Below are positions 1-8,982 of a DNA stretch of 64,000 nt, piece after piece. The notes below the pieces were generated by a model. The model did no database searches, had not been told where the DNA came from, and saw nothing but the letters and a program-made list of their open reading frames with translations. Origin of the DNA: Solirubrobacterales bacterium (GTDB lineage Bacteria; Actinomycetota; Thermoleophilia; Solirubrobacterales; 70-9); assembly GCA_038256675.1 (NCBI GenBank), contig JBBSKC010000001.1, positions 14,652 through 78,651 on the forward strand, read 5' to 3'. Each line of letters opens with the position of its first letter. The stretch's first letter is position 1. The position numbers were made by a program, and so were the translations under genes.

Positions 1-828
1 GGCCGTGCCGATGTATCGACGGGCCGGTTCGGCCCTCGTGCTTCCGGAAGAACCGTCATGTGGTGCCTCGTAGTCGACCTGCATGTACATCGGCCCCTTC
101 TTCGCCTGCCGGATCGTCCGAACCGCCCGGGTGGTCAGGACATCGGTGCTGTAGTTGCAGTCGAGCTTCACGGAAGGGCAACCGATGGGGTCCTTGTTCG
201 CGTTCCGCGCGTAGTTGGGGCTGCCGAACGGCCCTTTGATCTTCCCGTTGACGTTCAACCTGTAGCCGTAGTAACGATTGACCTTTCCAGGGGTCCAGGC
301 GGTCGCCCATTTGTCCCACCCCGGTGGAACCGCAGTCTTGTTGTACCCGGTCTTGTTGCCGTAATGGTTGATGAAGTCCCCGAAATGCGACGTGTAGTAG
401 CCGGCGCGCTGGAGCGAGACGGCCAGGTTCCCGGAGAAGACGTCACTCAGGCTGAAGCCGAGTGCGCCGCCGCGCCGACCGCTGTTCCGCGGAAGGCCAC
501 TCGTGTGTGCGTACTGGCCCGAGAGCAGGGTGGACCGCGAAGGCGAGCAGAGCGGGGCCGAGCTGTAATAGTTGGAAAATTCGACTCCCCGTTTGCCGAT
601 CAGGTCCAGCGTGTTCGGCATGACCCTTGCTTTTTTGCCCTTCTTGTCGACGGCGATGGCGCGCATCGTGGCCGCCGTCTGGTCGTCGGCCTGGATCAGG
701 ACGAAGTTGGGCCGCTTGGCCGAAGCCATCTCCGGGGCCCGGCAAACCGCCACGGCAAGTATCGCCATCATGAAAATGGCTCCGAAAAACGCTGCCTGTA
801 AGTGGGAGGAGAGTCTGGGGGTCTGCAT
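1..828 (-). CDS. Secreted formylglycine-type sulfatase; C-terminal part cut by the window edge
   Basis: Own translation of the minus strand from ATG (complement of 826-828): MQTPRLSSHLQAAFFGAIFMMAILAVAVC (signal-like), RPNFVLIQADDQ, and the C-x-P-x-R motif in APLCSPSRSTLLSGQY. The frame stays open to base 1, so it is missing from the ORF track. Confidence 0.8.
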   Translation of the reverse strand, partial: MQTPRLSSHLQAAFFGAIFMMAILAVAVCRAPEMASAKRPNFVLIQADDQTAATMRAIAVDKKGKKARVMPNTLDLIGKRGVEFSNYYSSAPLCSPSRSTLLSGQYAHTSGLPRNSGRRGGALGFSLSDVFSGNLAVSLQRAGYYTSHFGDFINHYGNKTGYNKTAVPPGWDKWATAWTPGKVNRYYGYRLNVNGKIKGPFGSPNYARNANKDPIGCPSVKLDCNYSTDVLTTRAVRTIRQAKKGPMYMQVDYEAPHDGSSGSTRAEPARRYIGTA

Positions 829-861
829 CAGTTGGTGCTGCGGTGAGGTGGCTACCACTCT

Positions 862-886
862 GGAACACGGCTCCGCCCCTTAGTTG
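862..886 (+). promoter_or_regulatory. Candidate ECF (group 4) sigma-type promoter: GGAAC-N16-GTT
   Basis: tGGAACa at 862-866 and GTTg at 883-886, separated by 16 nt, lying 64 nt upstream of the ATG at 950. Pattern match only. Confidence 0.3.
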
Positions 887-949
887 CGCCGGGACAGAAC
901 GGTTGCAGAGGCCTTCGGAACAATAGGATCGCCGCCGGTGTCCGAACGA

Positions 950-3073
950 ATGGAGACAGAAATACCCCGGGAGCCACCCTCGATTCTAGTGGGAGGAGGC
1001 CACCTGGCTGCCCTCTGGGCCCTCGCGGTGGTGCAGCCGTTGCTCAGTCTGCTGGGCTCGAACCCGGACTTCTTCGTCGCCCGCGACAACACCGGCGGCC
1101 AGATCGTTCTCTTCGCCCTCTTGGTCACTCTTGCCCCGCCGCTGCTCGCCACCGGCATGGAAGCCCTGCTCAACCTGATGAGCGGCAGGGCCCGCTGGGC
1201 CTTCCACCTGTTCCTCGTGGCCCTGCTGTTCGCTCTGCTGGTGATTCAGGTCTTCAAACAGATCGCCGACGGTCCGGCCGTGCCGATGATCATCGTCGCG
1301 GTGCTGGCCGGCGTCGCCCTGGCCTGGGCCTACGGATACCGGAACTTTCTGCGCTCACTGACCGACATTCTGATCCCGGCGCCGATCATCATCCTGGTCG
1401 TTTTCCTGTTCTTCAGCGAGGCTTCGGAGCTGACTACCTCCTCGAACGACGTTGAAGCCCTGAAGGCCTCGATCGGCAATCCGGCGCCGGTGGTGATGCT
1501 GATCTTCGACGAGTTCCCGGTCGGATCCCTGATGACCCCGGACCTCGAGGTGAACGCGAAACGCTTCCCCCATTTCGCCGAACTCGAGGCGAACTCGAAC
1601 TGGTACCGCAACACAGTCACCGACGCCTCCTACACAGCGATCGCGGTGCCGTCCATCCTGACCGGCAAGTCGGCCGACCGCAGCAGCCTGCCGACGGCCG
1701 CCGACCATCCCGATTCGATCTTCACCCTGCTCGGCGGGTCCTACGGCGTGAATGCGGTCGAGCCAATCACGCAGCTCTGCCCGACGTCGGTCTGCGGCGA
1801 ACGGGACGGCGGCGGCGGCGGCGCCCTCGATGCCCTGTCCGCCCTGTTCGGCGACCTCAAGTTCGTGTCGGCCCACTTGAACCTGCCCGAGGACATGTCG
1901 GTGAGCCTGCCCGACATCTCACAGAGCTTTCAGGGATTCGGTAGTGGCGCGCCCACCGAATCGGTCGAAAGGGGCCGCGCCCGGCAGTTCGTGGCCGACA
2001 AGCTTGACGAAGGCCATGCCTCACTCGACGGCGAAGCGGACGTCGCCGACATGCTGGCCGCCCGCGAGCCGGCACCCGACCACGCCTTCGACCTCGCCCA
2101 CGTCGAGGAGCCGCATTACCCGTGGACCCACTATCCGGACGGGCTCCGCTACTCCGAGCAGACCGAGGACTTCCGGGCCATCTTCACCGAGGAGGAATGG
2201 CTCGACGACGGCTACCCGACCGAACGGGCACGGCAGGCCCACCTGCTCGAGGTCGGCTTCGCGGATTATCTGCTCGGCCAGGTGATGGACCGGGTCAAGT
2301 CCGACGGGCTCTGGGACGAGACGCTGTTCGTGGTCGCCGCCGACCACGGCGGGGCGATGGTCAAGGGGATCCATCGCCGCGAGGCGAACCCGGAGACGAT
2401 GGGGCAGATCGCGATGGTCCCGTTCTTCGTGAAGGCCCCGGGCCAGAAGCGGGGCCGGGTGGTCGACCGGGTCCAGTGTGTGACCGACATCCTGCCGGCG
2501 ATGGCAAAACAACTCGGGGTCGAAGTGCCATGGGACTCGCCAGTCTGTAACCGGGACGAGGTCGAACTCGACAACGGCACCGGACCGAAAGTCACCCTCC
2601 CGATGGACCAGGTGCTCGCGCAGCGCGACGAGTACATCGGGATCCTCAGCGATCTCTTCGGCGGCGACACCGGCTTCGACGACGTTCTGAAGCTGGGTCC
2701 GAACCAGGATCTGATCGGGACCGCGACGGGCTCGCTCAACGTCGCGCCCGAGGAGGGCGGCGCCTCGGCGACGCCCGAAGTCGGCGGAGACCTCGCGACC
2801 AACCTGCAGCCGGAGATTCCGCTCAATCCCGTACTGCGCCAGCGCGGAGTCCTGAAAGGCGTCGACGAAGACACCCCTCTTGCGGTCTCGGTCAACGGGA
2901 GGATCGCGGCGGTCGGTCAGGCCTACCGGGACGGGAACCGGCTCCTCTACTCGATCCTCCTGCCCCGGAGACCGCTCAGGGCCGGCCCCAACGACATCGA
3001 ACTGCTTCGAGTCGAGCCGGACGCCGGCTGGCCGGACCTGACGGTTCTATGGACGAATGCCGACGCGAGATAG
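950..3073 (+). CDS. Polytopic membrane enzyme of the alkaline-phosphatase/sulfatase fold (LtaS/EptA-like), paralog 1
   Basis: ORF 884..3073. The ATG at 950 is preferred because the N-terminus then aligns with paralog 2. About 5 N-terminal hydrophobic helices. Core motifs APVVMLIFDEFP, SYTAIAVPSILTG (Thr where sulfatases have Cys), HVEEPHYPW and VVAADHGGA. Confidence 0.7.
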   Translation: METEIPREPPSILVGGGHLAALWALAVVQPLLSLLGSNPDFFVARDNTGGQIVLFALLVTLAPPLLATGMEALLNLMSGRARWAFHLFLVALLFALLVIQVFKQIADGPAVPMIIVAVLAGVALAWAYGYRNFLRSLTDILIPAPIIILVVFLFFSEASELTTSSNDVEALKASIGNPAPVVMLIFDEFPVGSLMTPDLEVNAKRFPHFAELEANSNWYRNTVTDASYTAIAVPSILTGKSADRSSLPTAADHPDSIFTLLGGSYGVNAVEPITQLCPTSVCGERDGGGGGALDALSALFGDLKFVSAHLNLPEDMSVSLPDISQSFQGFGSGAPTESVERGRARQFVADKLDEGHASLDGEADVADMLAAREPAPDHAFDLAHVEEPHYPWTHYPDGLRYSEQTEDFRAIFTEEEWLDDGYPTERARQAHLLEVGFADYLLGQVMDRVKSDGLWDETLFVVAADHGGAMVKGIHRREANPETMGQIAMVPFFVKAPGQKRGRVVDRVQCVTDILPAMAKQLGVEVPWDSPVCNRDEVELDNGTGPKVTLPMDQVLAQRDEYIGILSDLFGGDTGFDDVLKLGPNQDLIGTATGSLNVAPEEGGASATPEVGGDLATNLQPEIPLNPVLRQRGVLKGVDEDTPLAVSVNGRIAAVGQAYRDGNRLLYSILLPRRPLRAGPNDIELLRVEPDAGWPDLTVLWTNADAR

Positions 3074-3085
3074 ACTCGCGAATTC

Positions 3086-5290
3086 GTGAGTGAGGTAACG
3101 AAGGCTGTCGGACGACCGCCGCGACCTTCCCTTCTTCTGGGGGCCGCGCATCTCGCCGCGCTCTGGGCGCTGGCGTTCCTCCAGCCGATGCTGTCGCTGC
3201 TCGGCAATAACCCGGAGTTCTTCGTCGCCCGCGGCAACTCGGCCGGCCAGATCATCATCTACTCCCTGGTCCTCGCCTTCGTACCGCCGCTGATCGGCCT
3301 CGCGCTCGAAGCCCTCGCCCAGCTGATCTCGAAGAATCTCCGCTGGGGCCTTCACCTCCTGTTGATGACGCTGGTCGGCGCCTGCTTCCTGCTCGAAGTG
3401 ATCAAGGGTGCGCTCGAGTGGCCGGCGGGCGTGCTGATCGCGATCGCCCTCCTGCTCGCCGCCCTCGGGGTCTATGCCTACTCCCGCTGGCGCTTCCCGC
3501 GGGCCTTCATGGACATCCTCTCCGCCGCCCCGGTGATAATCCTGATCGTCTTCTTCTGCTTCACGAGTACGTCGCGGCTGATCCTTCCGCGCGAGCAGCC
3601 GGACCCGGTCGACGTGACGGTGAAGGACCCGGCGCCCGTGGTCATGGTGATCTTCGACGAGTTCCCGACCGCCTCGCTGATGAACGACGATGAGGAGGTC
3701 GACGGGACGCGCTTTCCGGCCTTCGCCGACCTCGCTTCGGATTCGACCTGGTACGAGAACGCCACCGGTGCGGCCGCCTACACGCCGCTGGCCGTGCCTT
3801 CGATCCTCACGGGAGAAGAGCCCAGCCAGGACAACCTGCCGATCGCCTCGGACTACCCGCACAACATCTTCACCCTGCTCGGCAAGTCGTACAAGCTCAG
3901 GGTCATGGAGTCCGCTACCCAGATCTGCCCCGAGGACCTCTGCCCGGACTCGGATATCGGCTCCGATGACGCCAAGTTGGGCGACCTATTCTCCGACCTG
4001 AACGTCGTCTCCCAGCACCTGCTTCTGCCGGACTCGATGCGGCGCAACCTGCCTGAAGTCTCAGCCACCTTCTCCGAGTTCACCGACGAGACGTCCGACC
4101 CGGAAGATTCCGGACTCGAAACCGGAGCCACCGGCCTGACCGGCCCGACCGGGGAGACGACGGTCGAGCCGACCGAGCGCACCGGGCAGGGTGCCGCCCG
4201 CAAGCTGGGCCGGCTCTTCGCGCTCCGGTCGAGCGTCGACGAGTTCGAGCGCATCAACCAGTTCGTCGACGGCTTCCAGCCGGGTCAGAAAGAGTCGCTC
4301 GACATGATCCACGTCGAGAAGCCGCACTACCCGTGGCGGCACCTGCCGAACGGGCAGCGGTACAGCAACCTGACCGGTGAATGGTCGGGCCTCCTGCCGA
4401 ACGACGGACCCTGGATGGCCCCGCCGAAGATCGTCGACATCGCCCTGCAGCGGCATCTGCTCGAGGTCGGTTACACCGACACGCTGCTCGGTCGCATCAC
4501 CGGCCAGCTCAAGAAGCTGGGCCTCTGGGACGAAGCAATGGTCGTGGTCACAGCCGACCACGGTGCCGCGTTCCAGACCCGTATCCCGCGGCGGGCGGCA
4601 GTGCGCGAGAACATGGGCGAGATCGCTTCGGTTCCCCTCTTCATCAAGGCTCCCGGCCAGTCCTCCCCCGAGGTGGTGCGGAAGCACACCTGCGCCACCG
4701 ACATCCTTCCGGAGATCGCTGAACAACTGGCGATCGAGTATCCCTGGGACGTCGTGGACTGTCCCGAAGATCAGGTCACCGTGGTCAACTCCCCGAATGG
4801 CGAGGCGACCATCGACTTCGACTCGATGCTGAAGCAGCGGCGACGCCTGGTCGACCGGATCCAGCGGGTCTTCGGCACCGATGTCGGGTTCGGGCCGACC
4901 TACCGTTTCGGCCCGAAGAAGGACCTGATCGGGACGAAAGTCTCGGACCTGAACGACATCGGCAAGCGCAGTGGCATGCGGGCCGAGCCCGAACGGCCGA
5001 ACTCGGTCAAGCAGTATGACCCAAGCTCACCTTCGCTCAACGGCCTGCTCCAGCGCGGGTACATGGAGAAGATCCAGAAAAACAAGGTTCTCGCCGTCGC
5101 GGTCGACGGGGTAATCCAGGCGGTCGGCTGGACCTTCAAGGATGGCCTCGGTTCTGGCCCCGGGTTCTCGATCCTCCTGCCGCCGGACTCGCTGAAGCGT
5201 GGCTTCAACCGGGTCGACATCTACATGCTGAAGGGCGGCAAGAAGATCCAGCTCGTCCACGACGGCTCGAAGCCACTTCCGCCGGGCTGA
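3086..5290 (+). CDS. Polytopic membrane enzyme of the alkaline-phosphatase/sulfatase fold (LtaS/EptA-like), paralog 2
   Basis: 734-aa ORF starting 13 nt after paralog 1. Collinear with paralog 1: HLAALWALAF, APVVMVIFDEFP, AYTPLAVPSILTG, HVEKPHYPW, VVTADHGAAF. Confidence 0.7.
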   Translation: MSEVTKAVGRPPRPSLLLGAAHLAALWALAFLQPMLSLLGNNPEFFVARGNSAGQIIIYSLVLAFVPPLIGLALEALAQLISKNLRWGLHLLLMTLVGACFLLEVIKGALEWPAGVLIAIALLLAALGVYAYSRWRFPRAFMDILSAAPVIILIVFFCFTSTSRLILPREQPDPVDVTVKDPAPVVMVIFDEFPTASLMNDDEEVDGTRFPAFADLASDSTWYENATGAAAYTPLAVPSILTGEEPSQDNLPIASDYPHNIFTLLGKSYKLRVMESATQICPEDLCPDSDIGSDDAKLGDLFSDLNVVSQHLLLPDSMRRNLPEVSATFSEFTDETSDPEDSGLETGATGLTGPTGETTVEPTERTGQGAARKLGRLFALRSSVDEFERINQFVDGFQPGQKESLDMIHVEKPHYPWRHLPNGQRYSNLTGEWSGLLPNDGPWMAPPKIVDIALQRHLLEVGYTDTLLGRITGQLKKLGLWDEAMVVVTADHGAAFQTRIPRRAAVRENMGEIASVPLFIKAPGQSSPEVVRKHTCATDILPEIAEQLAIEYPWDVVDCPEDQVTVVNSPNGEATIDFDSMLKQRRRLVDRIQRVFGTDVGFGPTYRFGPKKDLIGTKVSDLNDIGKRSGMRAEPERPNSVKQYDPSSPSLNGLLQRGYMEKIQKNKVLAVAVDGVIQAVGWTFKDGLGSGPGFSILLPPDSLKRGFNRVDIYMLKGGKKIQLVHDGSKPLPPG

Positions 5291-5766
5291 TGGGGCCGGA
5301 GACACCACTGCGCATAGCCGGACCGACCGACCTGAGCGCGGTCACGGCGCTGGTCGGCGGCTTCCGCGACTTCCTCGGCTCGTCCGGACCGAATAACGCG
5401 GAGCTCGAAGTCACCGTCGCCCAGCTGCTTGACGAGCGCTCGACCGAGTTCCTGCTGATCGGCGAGCCACCGGTCGGTTTCGTCCAGCTGCGCTTCCGCC
5501 TTTCGGTCTGGACCGGCACCGAAGACGCCTGGCTCGAAGATGCTTACGTGGACGAGGCGTCCCGGGGCCATGGCCATGGCCGGACGCTGGTCGCCGCCGC
5601 GGTCGATCGCGCCCGGTCACGGGGGTGCAAGCGGATCCAGCTCGACGTGAACCAGGACAACGAACCGGCAATCAAGCTCTACGAGTCGATCGGCTTCGCC
5701 CCGATCCACAACCAGGCAAAGTTCGGAGATTCCCCGGACTACATGTTCACCCTCAACCTGGCCTGA
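5290..5766 (+). CDS. GNAT family N-acetyltransferase
   Basis: 158 aa. Acetyl-CoA-binding-type stretch RGHGHGRTLVAAAVDRARSRGCKRIQLDVNQDNEPAIKLYESIGF. The start overlaps the upstream stop (ATGA). Confidence 0.75.
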   Translation: MGPETPLRIAGPTDLSAVTALVGGFRDFLGSSGPNNAELEVTVAQLLDERSTEFLLIGEPPVGFVQLRFRLSVWTGTEDAWLEDAYVDEASRGHGHGRTLVAAAVDRARSRGCKRIQLDVNQDNEPAIKLYESIGFAPIHNQAKFGDSPDYMFTLNLA

Positions 5767-5818
5767 GACTCTGCAAACTCAATCCGGTACCGCTCACGGG
5801 TAGGCAACCCACTTCTCG

Positions 5819-7042
5819 TCACCCAAGTGGCAGCAGGTGCGTCAACTCAGTTGCTGAGATCTGGGTGTTTCCTGTGACCATCCGGATTCGTTCGGCTGCG
5901 GACTCGTCCGCCAGTAGTGCGTGGAGTTCCTCCCACCCCACCTCCGGCCGGCTCCCCGGTCGTACCCGGATCCGGTTGACGTGGTTCTCGGCCAGGAAAT
6001 CCATGTCGTCGGGGATCAACGCCGTTCTCAGCTCCCCCCGGCCCACCGAACCGACCACCCGGTTGACGAGCACAGCCGGCCCGCTGTCCGGCGGGGCTCC
6101 GGTCACGTACTGCGGCTTGTCCGCCCGGACGCCGAGCTCGACCTTGCCCCCGCGCAGGTTGTGCGACCAGATCAGGGGGACGGAGCCGTCCGCGGCGGTT
6201 TTCCGCAGGTCGGCCCGGCGCTGGTTCCAGACCACCGTGCCGGTGACCGCTTCGTAGCCAAGTTCCCAAAGCGTGCGCCTGCCCCCGAACTGAGCGGCTA
6301 GGATTTCGGGTTCGGGCGTGAAGATCACCCGGCGGAAGCCGGATTCCGGGCAGCTCCGCTCGAAAAGGAACGGGCCCGGCGTGCCGCCCTTCTTCAGCAC
6401 CAGCAACTGGATCGCGGTGTTCGCCCCGGCGAAGAGGTCGGTGCCTTCGAGCATGATCAGGTCTTCGATGGACGCCCGGCCGCAGATATGTTCGCGCAGC
6501 GCTTCGAAGTAGGCACCGCTGTTCAGCGACGGCGGCACGATGAACGCGAGCCGGCCGTCCGGCACGAGCGCGTCGAGACCGGCCTTGAAGAAGCAGGCGA
6601 AGACGTTGGCCCGTCCCGAGATCACGTCGGCGAAACGGGACTTATGCGCCAGCTTGGGCCGAAACTGAAAATACGGCGGGTTGCCGATGACCAGGTCGAA
6701 CGACTGCCCGGACCAGGGCTCCAGCGCCGAGCGTTCTTGGAGGTGAGCCGCCGGGACCAAGTTCGATGCCGCTTCGAGAGCGGCCCGGTCGACGTCCCAG
6801 CCGAACAGCTCGAGCCCGTTCTGCTTGCGCGCGGCGGCGGCGAGCAGCTCGCCAGTGCCCGCGCCCGGATCGAGCACCTTCATGCCCGTGGCCAGCGGAA
6901 CCAGGGAAAGCAGAGCATCGGCCACCGGCTTCGGCGTCAGGTACTGGCCGAGCCGCTTGCGGTCCCCGGGCGTGGTGCCACCGAGCCAGTCGCGGCTGAC
7001 CGCGGAAAGCTCGTCTTCGCCCTCGGATTTCTGCCGCGCCAC
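5819..7042 (-). CDS. Solitary N6-adenine DNA methyltransferase (gamma class, Eco57I/TaqI-like)
   Basis: C-terminal 408 codons of ORF 5819..7756. Motif I VLDPGAGTGELL, motif IV VIGNPPYF, GQYLTPKPVADAL near the N-terminus. GTG at 7042 chosen because upstream codons overlap the HAD gene in another frame and read as Arg-rich junk. Confidence 0.8.
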   Translation of the reverse strand: MARQKSEGEDELSAVSRDWLGGTTPGDRKRLGQYLTPKPVADALLSLVPLATGMKVLDPGAGTGELLAAAARKQNGLELFGWDVDRAALEAASNLVPAAHLQERSALEPWSGQSFDLVIGNPPYFQFRPKLAHKSRFADVISGRANVFACFFKAGLDALVPDGRLAFIVPPSLNSGAYFEALREHICGRASIEDLIMLEGTDLFAGANTAIQLLVLKKGGTPGPFLFERSCPESGFRRVIFTPEPEILAAQFGGRRTLWELGYEAVTGTVVWNQRRADLRKTAADGSVPLIWSHNLRGGKVELGVRADKPQYVTGAPPDSGPAVLVNRVVGSVGRGELRTALIPDDMDFLAENHVNRIRVRPGSRPEVGWEELHALLADESAAERIRMVTGNTQISATELTHLLPLG

Positions 7043-7056
7043 GATCGACGCGGAGC

Positions 7057-7743
7057 TCAGCCGCCTGCGCCCAGCTTCTTGACGGCGTCGCGGAAGGACT
7101 TGACTTCGAGGGACGGCTTCCTGCGGCCGGCGAGCTTCTCGCCGTGACGATTGACCCAGATCACCGGCACCTTCATCTTCAGCAGCGGCGCGACGTCGTT
7201 GTCGTAGTTGCAGCCGATGTGGAGCCAGCCCTTCTTGCCACCGATGCGGCGGGCGCATTCCTTGAAATGGACCTCGTCGGGCTTGTAGCTGCGGACCTGC
7301 TGGGCGGTGACGACGAGGTCGAGGTCCGTCCTCAGGTGCCGGCGGGAGATGCCGAGCATCTTGTCGTCGATGTTGGAGATGATGCCGATGTCGTACTTCT
7401 TGCCGAGGCGGTCCATCGCGGCATTGGATTCCCTGAAGGGAAGCCAGTACGCGACGCTGTCGGGCAGGAACTGGGCCCGGGAAGGTTCTACCTCCCAGCC
7501 GATCTCTCCGGCGACCTTGATGATCGTGCGCCGGAGGACCTCGGCGTAGAGCTCGTAAGAACCCGACATGATCTCGGCCTGCACTTCGAAGAACCGGGCC
7601 AGGAAGGGTTCGTTGTCGAAACTGAACCCGTCCTTTTCGGCTTCCTTGGCACATGCCTCGGAGATCCCCTTCTCCCAGTCGATCAGGGTGCCGTAGCAGT
7701 CTGTAGTTACCCACGTGATGTTTTTTAGGCTTGGTAGCGGCAT
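7057..7743 (-). CDS. HAD-superfamily hydrolase (2-haloacid dehalogenase-like, subfamily IA)
   Basis: 228 aa. Motif I TTDCYGTLIDWE, later ISNID and a C-terminal KPD element. Confidence 0.75.
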   Translation of the reverse strand: MPLPSLKNITWVTTDCYGTLIDWEKGISEACAKEAEKDGFSFDNEPFLARFFEVQAEIMSGSYELYAEVLRRTIIKVAGEIGWEVEPSRAQFLPDSVAYWLPFRESNAAMDRLGKKYDIGIISNIDDKMLGISRRHLRTDLDLVVTAQQVRSYKPDEVHFKECARRIGGKKGWLHIGCNYDNDVAPLLKMKVPVIWVNRHGEKLAGRRKPSLEVKSFRDAVKKLGAGG

Positions 7744-7812
7744 GCGCGACGGCCATTATGTCGGATAGTGTCTGCCGTCGCGCTCACCGTCTCTCCACCC
7801 ATCTGAAAAGAC

Positions 7813-8982
7813 ATGGATCTCCTCGAATATCAGGGAAAAGAACTGTTCAGTCGCCATGGCCTTCCGGTCCCGGAAGGCAGCCATGCGACCACCGCTGAAG
7901 AAGCCCGCACCGCGTCGGATCTGCTCGGCTACCCGGTAGCGGTCAAAGCTCAGGTCCTGATCGGTGGCCGCGGCAAAGCCGGCGGTATCAAGATCGCCGC
8001 CGATGGCGTCCAGGCTCATGAACACGCCGGCGACATCATCGGCATGGACATCCTCGGGCCCCACGGCGAAGGCCCTTTCAAGGTCCACGAACTCTGGGTC
8101 GAAGCCGGTTCGGAGATCGAAGCCGAGTTCTACGCGTCGGTCATCCTCGACCGCTCGGCGAAGAAGCTGATGGTCATCCTCTCCCACATGGGCGGCATTG
8201 ATGTCGAAGCGATCGCCGACTCCGACCCCGGCGCACTCATAAAGGAGCACGTCGACCCGCTGGCCGAGTTCGACTCGGCCGCCGCGCAGGCGATCGTCGC
8301 CAAGTCGGGCATCCCCGACAAGGTCGCCGACCAGGTCGCCGAAATCCTGGTCAAGATGGTCGAGATCGCGATCACGGAGGACGCGGTGCTGATCGAGATC
8401 AACCCGCTGATCGTCAATGCCGCGAATGAGGTGGTCGCCCTCGATTCGAAGGCGACGATCGACGACAACTCCCTCTACCGCCACCCGGAACTCGAAGAAT
8501 TGGCCGATGAGATCGAAGATCCGCAGGAGGCGATGGCCAAGGAGAAGGGCCTGACCTACGTCAAGCTCGACGGCGACATCGGCATCCTCGGTAACGGCGC
8601 CGGCCTCTGCATGTCGACCCTCGATGTGGTCGCCCAGGCCGGCGGTGATCCCGCGAACTTTCTCGACGCCGGCGGCGGGTCCAAGGCCGACGCGATCTAC
8701 GACGCGCTCGAAGTGATCACTTCCGATTCCAAGGTCAAAGCGGTCATCTTCAACATCTTCGGCGGCATCACCCGCTGCGACGAGGTCGCCAAGGGCATCA
8801 TCGAGGCCACCTCGAAGATGAACCTCGACCTGCCCCTGGTGGTCCGCCTCGACGGAACCAACTCCGAGGAAGGGCTGCGCCTGCTGGCCGAAGCCGGCCT
8901 GGGCAACCTCCACAACGAAGCCACCATGCTCGGCGCTGCCAAGCGGGTCGTCGAGCTGGCCGGAGAGCAGGGGACCTCTTGA
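7813..8982 (+). CDS. sucC: Succinyl-CoA synthetase beta subunit
   Basis: 389 aa. MDLLEYQGKELFSRHGLPVP ATP-grasp N-terminus, GNGAGLCMSTLD, followed by sucD. Confidence 0.95.
   Translation: MDLLEYQGKELFSRHGLPVPEGSHATTAEEARTASDLLGYPVAVKAQVLIGGRGKAGGIKIAADGVQAHEHAGDIIGMDILGPHGEGPFKVHELWVEAGSEIEAEFYASVILDRSAKKLMVILSHMGGIDVEAIADSDPGALIKEHVDPLAEFDSAAAQAIVAKSGIPDKVADQVAEILVKMVEIAITEDAVLIEINPLIVNAANEVVALDSKATIDDNSLYRHPELEELADEIEDPQEAMAKEKGLTYVKLDGDIGILGNGAGLCMSTLDVVAQAGGDPANFLDAGGGSKADAIYDALEVITSDSKVKAVIFNIFGGITRCDEVAKGIIEATSKMNLDLPLVVRLDGTNSEEGLRLLAEAGLGNLHNEATMLGAAKRVVELAGEQGTS

Noticed and set aside
5819-7756. The 645-aa ORF read as one large protein
   Set aside because: Its first ~238 codons overlap the well-supported HAD hydrolase gene (7057-7743) in another frame and translate to Arg/Pro/Gly-rich junk. 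Only the part from GTG 7042 onward carries methyltransferase motifs.
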